Positions 9,340-20,839 of a stretch of DNA of 64,000 bases are shown here, piece by piece. The translations under genes and the position numbers were made by a program. The stretch covers positions 224,001 to 288,000 of the forward strand of contig JBGARZ010000006.1 in assembly GCA_044229975.1 (NCBI GenBank), written 5' to 3'. Each line of letters opens with the position of its first letter. The first letter of the stretch is position 1. This stretch comes from Polyangiales bacterium. GTDB lineage: Bacteria > Myxococcota_A > Polyangia > Polyangiales > Ga0077539. A model generated the notes under the pieces. The model worked only from the letters and a program-made list of their open reading frames with translations. It made no database searches and was not told the DNA's origin.

Positions 9340-12300
9340 GCCCGTCGAGCCACTGCACCCGCCCCGTCGCGCCGCACTGCTCCCACTGCACCCTCGCACG
9401 CTCGACGCCCGCGTCGCGCGCCGCCCCCGCGGGCGTCACGTGCAGCGCGATGAGCGCCTCGGCGTAGGCCACCTCCGTCCGCATCCCGCGCTCGTGCGCC
9501 AGCGTCAGCGCCTCGCGCCACCGCCGCCCCGCCGTCGACCGATCGCCCTCCGACCACGCGAGCTGCCCCGCCCAGCGCAGCGCCATCGCGCGCCCCACGG
9601 CGTGCGCCTTCGCCCAGCGCTGCACCCGCTCGATGGCCGCGGCGAGGGCGCTCCGCGAGACGCGCCCCGACCCGCGCGCGGCCAGCAGCGTGTCGAGCGA
9701 TCCCTCCCAGATGTGCGCCGCCGTCGGCGGAATCGCGCGCTCCATCCCGACGCCCCGCAGCGCCTCGTCGGCCAGCGACACCGCCTGCTCGACCTGGCCC
9801 TCGCGCAGCGCCACCGCCGACTGCATCGCCCGCGTGAGCGATCGCACCAGCGCGTCGCCGCGGTCGGGCTGGCCCGCCAGCGTCGCGAGCGCGGCCTTCG
9901 CCGCCGCCACGTCGCCGCCCGAGAGGTGCGCGAAGGCCTCGGTGTGCACCAGCGCCACCCGCTGCCCGAACATGTCGTCGCCGAGCGCGTCCATCGCCAC
10001 GGACATGTCGTCGCGCATCGCGTCGACGCGCCCGTCGAACCAGTCGAGCATCGCCATCACCGAGAGGCACAGGCCCTCGTCGAGGCGGTCGCCGCTGAAG
10101 CGCGTCTGCGCGATGGCCCCGTCGAGCAGCGCCCTCGCCCGCGTCCGCTCGTCGCGACCGAGGGCCCACACCGCCTCCAGCATCGACGACGCCGCGCGCC
10201 CTCGCCAGCTCACGCCCGGCCCCGCGGGCGCCGCCGCCGCCGCGCGACCGCGCTCGAAATACCGCTGCGCCACCTGGTCGAGCCCGAGCGTCCCCGCGGC
10301 GTACCCGAGCGCCCCGAGCGCCTCGACGTGGGCGTCGCCCGCCCGCTCGGCGAGGTTGGCCGCGGCGAGGCTCGCGGCCAGCACGGCGGCGTTGTCGCCC
10401 CGGAAGATGGCGAGGTGCGAGAGCTTGCCCGCGGCGTGCGCAGCAACGGTGAGCCCGTCGCGGTGCCTCGGGTCGTCCTGCGACGACGCACCCGGCCGAA
10501 CACCATGCCGCACCTGCTCGGCGAGGTGCTCGGCGAGGAAGCGCGCGCGCGCCATGGAGCTCGACGGGATGCCGTGGGCGTAGGGTTCCATGGCCGCGGT
10601 GAGCCAGCGCTCGGCGCGCGCGAAGTCACCCGTCACGAAGGCCGCGTCGCCGCCCTGCAAGCACCACCGCGCCATGGTCAGCCGCATGACTTCGTCGTGG
10701 GCGCGCCCGCGGTTCCAGGTGATGGCCACGTCGAGGAAGCGGATGACGTCCGCGAAGGCCCCGTCGCGGTACGAGCGCTCCCCCGCGCGGCCCGCGTGAA
10801 ACGCCTCCTTCGCCGGGTCGCCCGCCTCGCGCCAGTGCAGCACCAGGTCGGCGTGGAGCGTCCCCATCGCGGGGTCGCTGCGCAGCACCGCCTCCAGCGC
10901 CTCGGCCGCCCGCAGGTGCAGCACGCGCCGTCGCGCTGCGGTGAGGTCGTTCCACGCGGCCTCGCGGAGCTTGTCGTGCACCAGCCGGAAGCGATCGCCG
11001 CCGGCCTCTTCGAGAATCTGCCGCAGCGACAGCTCGCGCAGCGCGTCGGCTGCCGCGGCCTCGGGGAGCCCCGACACCTCCACCAGCACCGACGCCTCGA
11101 CCTCGCGACCGAGCACCGCCGCAGCCTCCACCAGCGCGTGCGCGTCCGGCGCGAGGCCCCGCAGCCGCCGCCCTACCAGGTCGAGCAGCGAGCGCGGAAC
11201 CGGCAGCGCCTCGGCCGAGATCGCGTCGAGCTGCCAGCGCCCGCTGGCGTCGCGCCCGAGGATGCCCTCGGCGATGGCCATGCGGAGGTACTCGGACACG
11301 TAGAAGGGATTGCCGCGGGAGTGCGTGGAGAGAAACTCCACCAGGGCTGCGGGGGGTGTCGCGAGGGCCAGCATGTCGGACACCAGCGCGGCGACCGAGG
11401 TGCCCTCCAGGCGGCCGACCTTGAGGCGCATCACAGCGGGCGAGGCGAGCAGCCGCGGGAGGGTCGTTCCCACCTCGTTGTCGCGAAACGTCCCCAGGAT
11501 GAGCACCCGGTGCTTCGCGAAAAACGCCTGGCTCAGCGTGGCGAGCAGCGTGATGCTGAGGTCATCGGCCCACTGGAGGTCATCGATGACGAGCAGCAGC
11601 GGCTCGTCGCGGGACACCGCCGCGAGGGTGTCGCGCACCGCTTCGAGGGTGCGCCGTCGTGCGGCGGGCGCAGGAAGATCGGCGAGCGGCGGGAGGTCGG
11701 CGAAGCCATTGACCGTGGCGATGGACGGCTCGTAGCGCGCGAGCACGCGGGCCCACGTCTTGAGCCACTTGGAAAACACCGTGACGCCATCATCACTGCA
11801 CCGGTCGGCCAGCGCCTGGAACAACCCCCGAAACGGGTGCAGCGCCGACCCCCGGCCCTCGACGCGCATGTCGACGTTTTGCACGCCGCTGAAGGAGTTG
11901 TCCGTCGCGTCCTCGTGGCGCGGGTCGGCGTCCTCCGCGCGGGGCAGCGACACGCACTCGCCCGCCACCACGAACACCTCATCGCGCGCGGCCTGCTGGG
12001 CGACCTCGGCCACGATGCGGGTCTTCCCGACGCCGCTCTGCCCGCCCAACAGAACGATGCCGCCGCGGCCTTCGCGCAGGTCGCGCACCCGCTGGTGGAG
12101 CTCGCGCAGGGTCTCCTCGCGGCCGACGATGCCGGGGCGGTAGAGGTACGCCGACGGCTTGAGGATGGTCGACGACGGCCGCGTCTCCGCGGCGGTGTCG
12201 ATGCTCTCGCCCTCGGAGATCTCCCACAGCGCCTGGGCCACGTCGTCGGCGTGGCCGATGCGGTCGCGCGGTGACTTGGCGAGCAGCCGCATCACCAGGT

Positions 12301-13174
12301 CGTCGAGCGGGGGAGGCACCCCGGCGACCCGCAGCGACGGGAGCTCGGGGGCGGTGTTGCGGTGCATGTTCATGGTGTCCATCACGGTGCGCCCCACGAA
12401 GGGGACGGTGCCGGTGAGGGCCTCGTAGAGCATGCAGCCGAGGGCGTAGAGGTCGCAGCGGGCGTCGACGCGACCGCCCGTGGTCTGCTCGGGCGCCATG
12501 TACGCGGTGGTGCCGACCATGTTGGAGCCGACGTCGACGACCTCGCGCCCGGCGGCGCCGTGCACCTTGGCGACGACGCCGAAGTCCATGAGCACCGGCG
12601 TCCCGTCCTTCCTCAAGAACACGTTGGCCGGCTTGAGGTCGCGGTGCACGATCCCCTGGCCGTGCACGAACGCGAGCGGCACGCACAGCCGGCGGAAGAG
12701 CGCGAGCACCTCGTCGAGCTTGCCGCACGCGGCGAGGGGCCGGTCGACCATCAGACCGGTCATCGGGGGAAGGGTGACCACGGCCCGACCGGTGTTGAGC
12801 GTGGGCTCGCGGGGGATGGGGGCGGTGGCGGCGTGGGCGTCGGAGAACAGCGGCTCCGCGAGGATGTCCCAGAGGGTGGAGAGGAAGTCTCGAAGGGTCT
12901 CGCCTTCGAGGAGTTCCATGGCGTACCAGGGGCCTACCTCGTGGAGGCCGACCTCCTCGATGCGGATGACGTTGGGGTGCACGGTGCGCCGCAGCGCGAG
13001 CACCTCGCGGCGGATGGATGCCAGCAGGTCGGAGCTCGCCACGCGCACGGTCTTGAGCGCGACGACGGCGCCGGTCTCCTCGTGCACCGCCCGGTACACG
13101 ACGCCCATTCCACCTTCACCGATCACGCGGTCGACCCGGTACGGGCCGATCTGCTCTGGATTGGCGGCAGTCAC
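9290..13174 (-). CDS. Ser/Thr kinase fused to a STAND/AAA_16 ATPase and a helical-repeat region
   Basis: IGEGGMGVVY, HRDLKPAN, DFG, YMAPEQ; P-loop GQSGVGKT; Walker B LVIDDLQWAD; GNPF; HDKLRE. Confidence 0.93.
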   Translation of the reverse strand: MTAANPEQIGPYRVDRVIGEGGMGVVYRAVHEETGAVVALKTVRVASSDLLASIRREVLALRRTVHPNVIRIEEVGLHEVGPWYAMELLEGETLRDFLSTLWDILAEPLFSDAHAATAPIPREPTLNTGRAVVTLPPMTGLMVDRPLAACGKLDEVLALFRRLCVPLAFVHGQGIVHRDLKPANVFLRKDGTPVLMDFGVVAKVHGAAGREVVDVGSNMVGTTAYMAPEQTTGGRVDARCDLYALGCMLYEALTGTVPFVGRTVMDTMNMHRNTAPELPSLRVAGVPPPLDDLVMRLLAKSPRDRIGHADDVAQALWEISEGESIDTAAETRPSSTILKPSAYLYRPGIVGREETLRELHQRVRDLREGRGGIVLLGGQSGVGKTRIVAEVAQQAARDEVFVVAGECVSLPRAEDADPRHEDATDNSFSGVQNVDMRVEGRGSALHPFRGLFQALADRCSDDGVTVFSKWLKTWARVLARYEPSIATVNGFADLPPLADLPAPAARRRTLEAVRDTLAAVSRDEPLLLVIDDLQWADDLSITLLATLSQAFFAKHRVLILGTFRDNEVGTTLPRLLASPAVMRLKVGRLEGTSVAALVSDMLALATPPAALVEFLSTHSRGNPFYVSEYLRMAIAEGILGRDASGRWQLDAISAEALPVPRSLLDLVGRRLRGLAPDAHALVEAAAVLGREVEASVLVEVSGLPEAAAADALRELSLRQILEEAGGDRFRLVHDKLREAAWNDLTAARRRVLHLRAAEALEAVLRSDPAMGTLHADLVLHWREAGDPAKEAFHAGRAGERSYRDGAFADVIRFLDVAITWNRGRAHDEVMRLTMARWCLQGGDAAFVTGDFARAERWLTAAMEPYAHGIPSSSMARARFLAEHLAEQVRHGVRPGASSQDDPRHRDGLTVAAHAAGKLSHLAIFRGDNAAVLAASLAAANLAERAGDAHVEALGALGYAAGTLGLDQVAQRYFERGRAAAAAPAGPGVSWRGRAASSMLEAVWALGRDERTRARALLDGAIAQTRFSGDRLDEGLCLSVMAMLDWFDGRVDAMRDDMSVAMDALGDDMFGQRVALVHTEAFAHLSGGDVAAAKAALATLAGQPDRGDALVRSLTRAMQSAVALREGQVEQAVSLADEALRGVGMERAIPPTAAHIWEGSLDTLLAARGSGRVSRSALAAAIERVQRWAKAHAVGRAMALRWAGQLAWSEGDRSTAGRRWREALTLAHERGMRTEVAYAEALIALHVTPAGAARDAGVERARVQWEQCGATGRVQWLDGLNPRRPDGASGSGRSR

Positions 13175-13304
13175 GCGAGAGGCACCCTCGCGGCGACGCT
13201 ATCACGAAAGCCCCGCCCGCCCGGACGTTCGCAACAGCGATCACACGGACGAGGCGGAGACTTGTAGAGGCTGGAATTGAGGGGAGAGAGGGAGCGGTCG
13301 GCGA

Positions 13305-14198
13305 TCAGGCGCTGTCGCCGTCGCCCGCCGTGCGGCGAACCCAGAGCATCGCGTCGGCGCGTCGCTCGCCGGGGGCGAGGTGCTGCGAGAGCACGCCCGT
13401 GCGGCGGTAGCCGGCCCCGAGAAACACTGCCGCGAGCAGGGGGCTGTCGGCCGGGGTCATGGCGAAGGTGCAGCCGATTTCGCGGGCCTTGAGGGCCTCG
13501 TGCAGACCGTGGATCGCCCCGGCGAGCACGCGGGCCTCGTCGGTCTTGGTGGGCACCATGGCGATCTGGATATAGGCGTTGCCGAAGGGCTCTTGCAGTT
13601 CGGCGGTGACGAGCTGCGCGTTGGTGCGGCCGCGACCGAGCACGTGCATCCGGTCGCCCGACCGCAGGAAGCGCTCTTCGAACCACGCGGTGGTCTTGCG
13701 GTTGCGCGCGGGGCCGACGCCCTGGGCGATCACCTGGAGGTCGGTGAGCACCTCGATCTTGAGGCCCTTCACGGCGGTGATCTCGACCACGAGCTTGCGC
13801 GCCTGGACGAGCACCTTCTCGGCGGCGTTGGTGTCCGCTGGCGGCGTGAGGGGCGCGCCGTCTTCGTCGACGAGCGGCGGGTCGGTGATGACCCGGCCCA
13901 TGAGGTAGGCGTCGGAGCGCTTGTAGTAGCCGGGGATGGTGCCCTCGCGGGCGTAGCCCACCTTGGCCCAGCCGAGGCTCTCTTCCTTCTCGACGAAGGT
14001 GTAGATGCGGTTGATGCCCTCGCGCTGCGCGAGCTCGTCGAGGCGCTGCTGCTTCAGGGGGAAGTTGCCAGCGAGGAAATCCACCAGCCGCGCTGTGCGC
14101 ATGCGGCGGTTGACGATGAGGCTGACGTGGATGCCCTCCCGCCGGTAGGAAACCTCTTCGATGACGGACCGTGGGTTCGTCTGGATCTGCATGGACAT
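13305..14198 (-). CDS. Hypothetical protein, tandem GNAT-like (resembles AblB beta-lysine acetyltransferase)
   Basis: GYAREGTIPGYYKRSDAYLM and a second GYRRTGVL motif; strong codon bias. Confidence 0.55.
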   Translation of the reverse strand: MSMQIQTNPRSVIEEVSYRREGIHVSLIVNRRMRTARLVDFLAGNFPLKQQRLDELAQREGINRIYTFVEKEESLGWAKVGYAREGTIPGYYKRSDAYLMGRVITDPPLVDEDGAPLTPPADTNAAEKVLVQARKLVVEITAVKGLKIEVLTDLQVIAQGVGPARNRKTTAWFEERFLRSGDRMHVLGRGRTNAQLVTAELQEPFGNAYIQIAMVPTKTDEARVLAGAIHGLHEALKAREIGCTFAMTPADSPLLAAVFLGAGYRRTGVLSQHLAPGERRADAMLWVRRTAGDGDSA

Positions 14199-14350
14199 CG
14201 TCGAGTGCACCCCGCTGCCGAAGAATACCCGGGGACGTATCACCCCCGGCGCCCGCGGCCGCTGTTCTGGCGCTCTCTAGTCAAGGCCCTGGAGATGGGA
14301 GCGGGGAGTGGGGGGGACGGTCAGCAGGTGACCGTCAGCGGGGGGGAGGA

Positions 14351-16369
14351 TCAGTGCGCGGCGGGGGCCGCGAGGGCCGCGTCGATGCGGCGCTGGAACT
14401 CCTCGAAGGGCAGCGCGCCCGCGAAGAACTTCCCGTTGATGAAGAAGGCCGGGGTGCCGATCTGGGCGCCGGTGGCGTCCGCGGCGGCCATGTCGTCACG
14501 AACACGCGCCTGGTGGGTGTGGCCGTCGAGCGCGGCGCGGAAGCGCGCCATGTCGAGGCCCTGCTCCTGGGCGTAGCGCTCGAGGTCGGCGCGCTCGATG
14601 TGCGCCTGGTTCTCGAACAGGTGGTCGTGGAAGCGCCAGAAGCCCTGGTTGCCGCGCTGGGCGAACGCCTCCTGGGCGGCCTCCGCGGCGAGCATGGCGT
14701 TGTTGTGGAAGGGGAGCGGGTAATCGCGCCACACGAAGCGCACCTGGGTGGGGTAGCGCGTGCGGATCTGGGCGATCTGCGACGCGACGCGCGAGCAGAA
14801 CGGGCACTGGTAGTCCGAGAAGTGCTCGATGACGACGCGGGCGTTGGCCGGGCCGAAGCTCGGGGCGCGCGGGTTGGGGCGCACGGTGTAGACGCGGTTC
14901 TCGTCGGCCGCGGGGGCCGCGGGGGCGGCGGCCGCGGGGGCGGCGCCACCGCCGGTGCGGCGGATGGTGGTGTCGGCGGCGGCCATCATGCGCTCGTAGA
15001 GGTTCGCGCGGGTGGTGCCCGGGTGCGTCCGCATGAACTCCTCGGCCTTGGTCTTCACCTCGTCGATGAGGCGGGTGAACGCCTCGACGGGCTGCGCGCC
15101 GACGAGGCGGCGGCCGTTGATGAAGAAGTGCGGGGTGCCGTTGGCCTCGAGGCGCTGGGCCTGGGCGTGGTCGGCGTCGATCGCGGCGATGTGCGTGTGC
15201 GCGGTCATCGCGGCGTTGTAGCGGGCCATGTTGAGGCCGGCCTGCTGGGCGTACTGGTCGAGGTTGGTGCGCTCGAGGGCGGTCTGGTGCTCGAAGAGGA
15301 TGCCGTGCATCTGCCAGAACCCGGCGTTGCCGCGCTGGGCGAAGGCTTCCATGGCGAGCTCAGCCGCGGGGCGGGCCTTGTCGTGGAAGGGGAGCGGCTC
15401 GTTCTTCCAGACGATGCGGATGTCCTGGCCGTAGCGGGTACGGAGGGCTTCCATCGTGGGGTTCACGCGCGAGCAGAAGGGGCACTGGAAGTCCGAGAAG
15501 ATGACCACCGTGACGAGCGCGGTGTTGGGGCCCTGGACGGGCGAGTTGCCCACGTCGACGCGGAGCACCTGCGCCGGATCGGGCTCCGACGGGGCGGGCT
15601 GGTCGGGCTGGCTCGGCCGCGCGGGCTCGGCGCCCGGAACGGGGTCGGCGACCATGTTGGCGTACACGCGGTTGCGCGGCTGGATGGTGCGCGCGCGGGC
15701 GAGCACCTGGTCGATGATGGTCTTGAACCGGTCGAAGGGCTGGGCGCCGGTGACCTGGGTCCCGTTGATGAAGAAGTTGGGCGTGCCCTGCGCGCCGACG
15801 GCCTGCGCGAGGGTCTTGTCACGCTCCACGGCGGCCTGGTGCGTGTGGTTGGTCATGGCCGTGCGGAAGCGCGCCATGTTGAGGCCGACCTGCTGCGCGA
15901 GGCGCTCCAGGGTGGCGGTGTCGAGGTTCTGCTGGTTCTGGTAGAGCAGGTCGTGCATCTGCCAGAACTTGGCGTTGCCGCCCTGCGCGAACGCCTCCTG
16001 GGCGGCCTCGGCCGCGGGGCCCGCGTTGTTGTGGAAGGGCAGCGGGGCGTTCTTCCAGACGATGCGGACGTCGTTGCCGTACTGCGTGCGAATCTGGCGG
16101 AGGGTCTCCTCCACGCGCGTGCAGAACGGGCACTGGAAGTCCGAGAACTCCACGATGGTGACGAGCGCGTTGGCGGGGCCCAGCGACGGCGAGTTGCCGA
16201 CCGGGATCCGCTCGGCGTCGACCATGGCCGCGCCGCTGTTGGGGGTGTTGCTGGCCTCGGCGGTGACGCCGCCGGGTTCCGCTGGTGCCTTCGAGCCCGT
16301 GATGTTGCCCACCACGAACCCGAGCACCAACGCCATGATGATGGAGATGGCTGATGCTCCCTTGCTCAC
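14351..16369 (-). CDS. Membrane-anchored protein with three DsbA/thioredoxin domains
   Basis: Three FSD(F/Y)QCPFC motifs, each followed by PLPFH and GTP.FFING; N-terminal TM segment; GTG start after a GAGG Shine-Dalgarno. Confidence 0.93.
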   Translation of the reverse strand: MSKGASAISIIMALVLGFVVGNITGSKAPAEPGGVTAEASNTPNSGAAMVDAERIPVGNSPSLGPANALVTIVEFSDFQCPFCTRVEETLRQIRTQYGNDVRIVWKNAPLPFHNNAGPAAEAAQEAFAQGGNAKFWQMHDLLYQNQQNLDTATLERLAQQVGLNMARFRTAMTNHTHQAAVERDKTLAQAVGAQGTPNFFINGTQVTGAQPFDRFKTIIDQVLARARTIQPRNRVYANMVADPVPGAEPARPSQPDQPAPSEPDPAQVLRVDVGNSPVQGPNTALVTVVIFSDFQCPFCSRVNPTMEALRTRYGQDIRIVWKNEPLPFHDKARPAAELAMEAFAQRGNAGFWQMHGILFEHQTALERTNLDQYAQQAGLNMARYNAAMTAHTHIAAIDADHAQAQRLEANGTPHFFINGRRLVGAQPVEAFTRLIDEVKTKAEEFMRTHPGTTRANLYERMMAAADTTIRRTGGGAAPAAAAPAAPAADENRVYTVRPNPRAPSFGPANARVVIEHFSDYQCPFCSRVASQIAQIRTRYPTQVRFVWRDYPLPFHNNAMLAAEAAQEAFAQRGNQGFWRFHDHLFENQAHIERADLERYAQEQGLDMARFRAALDGHTHQARVRDDMAAADATGAQIGTPAFFINGKFFAGALPFEEFQRRIDAALAAPAAH

Positions 16370-16692
16370 AAGATCCTCTGTTCCATGGTCAGTGACTGAT
16401 TGAAGAGAGACGCGCGACGCTGACCGTCCTCGCGCGGCACCCGTACCAGAAGACACTCTTGTGCCCGATGCGTGGGACACGTTGAGGGTCATCCACCGCG
16501 ACGACGCACCGGGCACGTTCGTTGTCGTCGACGATGGAGTTCCACGGCTCCGGCGGGTCGACGGGCGCGCTCGTGGTGGAGCGGGCGCGCGTCGGCGACC
16601 CTACGAGCCGTCGCAGTCCGCGACGCCTGATGGTGGTCGGGCGTCCCGGTTACGGGCGCACGTCATCCATCGTGTGGCGTCGCAGGCTGCGG

Positions 16693-17130
16693 TCAGGCGC
16701 TCGGCGGACGCCAGGGTGTCCGCATCGCCCCCGCGCGCGGACCGCCATGGAACTGCGCCGCCGGGTCGACGAGGTCGACCGCCTGCGGTGGAACTTCGGG
16801 GAACCCCAACGTGAGCTCGACCGGCTCGTGGTGGGCGGACCAGCTTCCGTTGTGCGTCGGCGCGTCGGGCGCGTCGACCTGGCAGCCGGGCTGGCTGGGG
16901 TCGCTGCACAGCGTCGGCGCCTGCGAGTGCGACGGCATCGCGGGGAGCGCGACGGCGACGACAACGACGGGCTTGCTGATCTTGAGCGGTGAGGTCACCT
17001 GGTCGTCGGCCGTGGGCCGGTAGCTCGCGAGCGTGCCGTAGCACCGACCCTGCGAGTGCTGCGCGTGCGCCGATGCGCCCGTGAAGATCACGGCGAAGGC
17101 GGCGCAGAGTGCGAGGACCAGGGAGCGCAT
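16693..17130 (-). CDS. Small exported hypothetical protein ending in PWRPPSA
   Basis: Signal peptide MRSLVLALCAAFAVIFTGASAHA; CSDPSQPGC motif. Confidence 0.7.
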   Translation of the reverse strand: MRSLVLALCAAFAVIFTGASAHAQHSQGRCYGTLASYRPTADDQVTSPLKISKPVVVVAVALPAMPSHSQAPTLCSDPSQPGCQVDAPDAPTHNGSWSAHHEPVELTLGFPEVPPQAVDLVDPAAQFHGGPRAGAMRTPWRPPSA

Positions 17131-17199
17131 CGGTGGGTGGATCGAGCGACGGAGTAACCGATCGCCCATGGATGCGCAACCATCCGAGGGGAACAGCCT

Positions 17200-17445
17200 A
17201 TTCCCGGGTGTCGTGAAGCAGGTCGCTGAAATAGACACAGGGGACGGACTGGCTCGTGACCAGTGCGTCCCCTGCGGAGGGGAATCACGCCCGACGCGCT
17301 CAGGTCAGCGCGCAGGTGCGGAGGTACCGCCTACCTTGGGCATGCCCCTGCATTGGAGAGACGGAAGTTCAAATTGCCCATTGTGCGTCGCTACCTCCCG
17401 CGGCGATGCCGCAGCCCGAGGGACGCCGGGAGTGATCCCGGTCCA
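17200..17445. ncRNA. Candidate structured non-coding RNA (6S-like is one possibility)
   Basis: Several complementary stems within a ~700-bp gap that has no credible ORF. Family not confirmed. Confidence 0.3.
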
Positions 17446-18313
17446 CGTTCCGAGCCTTCGAGTGATGGAGAGCCGGTGCGCACCATGCGCCCGTGCTCGG
17501 GTTGAGTCGTCGGGAACACTCGCGTGTTCGGGACCAGCCCCGGGACGGATGTCCACCCTTGGACCTTCGTGATGAGCCTCTCCCCGTGACGCGATGAGCG
17601 TCCCTGTATCGAGCGGTCGAGCATCAGGCCACGACAGGTACACCACGATCAAGCCGACCCTATCATCGCACCCCATCCGGTGCCAAGAACTCATGACGGA
17701 GACCCGTATTTTCGAGCCGCGCGAGGGAGTTCCGGGGCCTCCGAGGGCTGTGACAGGATATGTCTTCGATGGTGACAGACTATGTCCCATGGGTGATGGC
17801 GTCGCGTGCTCGTTGTCTCTACGGTCACTCGCATGAACGCCGCGTCCGCCACCTTCCTCACCACCTCCCAGTTCCGTTGGATCGAGGGTGCCGCGGGGCT
17901 CCACCCGCGAGCCGTCGCGCTGGCGTCGCGTCGCTCGCTCCTCCGTGAGCGCTTCTACACGGCGGTGCTGCCCGACCTCGCGCGGCGCGAGGTGCGGCGA
18001 CACATCCAAGGCATCGGCGTGCGTGGCGGGTCGTCGCGCGCGATCTGGTCGTCGTGGCAGATGCCGGGCGAAGACCGGGTGCTGTGGGCGCTACAGGTGA
18101 GCACGCGGCAGGTGCCTGGAGCGATCGAGGGGAAGGCGCCCGCCAACGACGGCTACGTGCTGGCTGCGTGGGGCGACGGGCCGGTCATCGCGTGGGCCAA
18201 CGACCGGCCCGCCGTGCGCGCGGTGCTGCGCGAGGCGCTCGCGACGCTGCCGTCGTGGTTGAGCGCGGGCGTGGTGTCGGGCGACGCGACGCTGCCGCTG
18301 CGCATCGTCCCGG

Positions 18314-19768
<1,455 letters not shown>

Positions 19769-19807
19769 CCGCGGCGCAACCTATCGCTCACCTGACATTA
19801 GCTTCTG

Positions 19808-20776
19808 TCACAGCCATTTCTTGAAGCGGAACCACAGCGCCATGCCGCTGCCGACCACCACCATCAGCCCCAGGGCGAAGGCGTAGCCGTAGTGCCAGTG
19901 CAGCTCGGGCATGTGGTCGAAGTTCATCCCGTAGACGCCCGCGATGAAGGTGAGCGGCAGCATGATGGTGGAGACCAGCGCGAGGGTCTTCATCACCTCG
20001 TTCATGCGGTTGGAGGTCTGCGAGAGGTACGCGTCGAGCGCCGCCGACAGCAGCTCGCGGTTGCCCTCCGCCATGTCCACCACCCGGACGAAGTGGTCGT
20101 GGATGTCCCGGAAGAACGGCAGCGCCCGCTCGGGAATCTGCTCGAACTCCCCGCGCGCCAGCCGTTGCAGTACCTCGCGCTGGTGCATCGCCGTGCGCCG
20201 CATCCGCTGGAGCGCGCGCTTCATCTTGAAGATCTTCGGGACGATGTCCGACGACGCCTTCTCCACCACCTCGGTCTCGATCGCGTCGATCTGCTCGTCG
20301 AAGGTCTCCGTCACCGGGAGGTAGAGGTCCACCATCCGGTCGATGATGGCGTGCGCCACGAAGGCCGGGCCGCGGTCCATTGCCTTGGGGTTGCGCGCGA
20401 ACTCCTCCGCCACCTCCGTCGGCGCCTTCAACCCGCCGCGGTGGTGCGTGAGCAGCCAGCGCTCGGAGAGCACCAGGTCGAGTTCGACGGTGCCGACGTG
20501 CTCGACGTCGGCCTCGGGGCAGTCCACCCCGTGGATCACCATGTACAGGTACTCCCCGTAGTCCTCGACCTTGGGGCCCGGCCGGTCGAGCAGGATGTCC
20601 TCCACCGCCAGGGGGTGTAGCTTCAACACGTCCGTCAACAGCGCCCGCAGGGGCTCGTCGATGCTGGTGGTGTCGATCCAGAAGGTGTCCTCGGACTGGA
20701 GCAGCCCCGGCACCTCCGCGAGGTCGGAGGTCTGGCGGACGCCCGCCGCCGTTCGCACATGAATCGTCGTTGCCAT
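19808..20776 (-). CDS. corA: Magnesium/cobalt transporter CorA
   Basis: LHPLAVED, NEVMKTL, PLTFIAGVYGMNF..MPEL.W.YGY. Confidence 0.96.
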   Translation of the reverse strand: MATTIHVRTAAGVRQTSDLAEVPGLLQSEDTFWIDTTSIDEPLRALLTDVLKLHPLAVEDILLDRPGPKVEDYGEYLYMVIHGVDCPEADVEHVGTVELDLVLSERWLLTHHRGGLKAPTEVAEEFARNPKAMDRGPAFVAHAIIDRMVDLYLPVTETFDEQIDAIETEVVEKASSDIVPKIFKMKRALQRMRRTAMHQREVLQRLARGEFEQIPERALPFFRDIHDHFVRVVDMAEGNRELLSAALDAYLSQTSNRMNEVMKTLALVSTIMLPLTFIAGVYGMNFDHMPELHWHYGYAFALGLMVVVGSGMALWFRFKKWL

Positions 20777-20839
20777 GAGGGGTGTAGGCGCCGACCATAA
20801 CTGATCGCGAGAAAGGGTGATGCGGCCGTCAGGGGAGGG

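Noticed and set aside
17200..17600. tmRNA, RNase P, SRP RNA or group II intron in this gap
   Set aside because: The diagnostic motifs (tRNA-like ends and tag peptide, GAGGAAAGTCC, the SRP GGAA loop, domain V) were not found.
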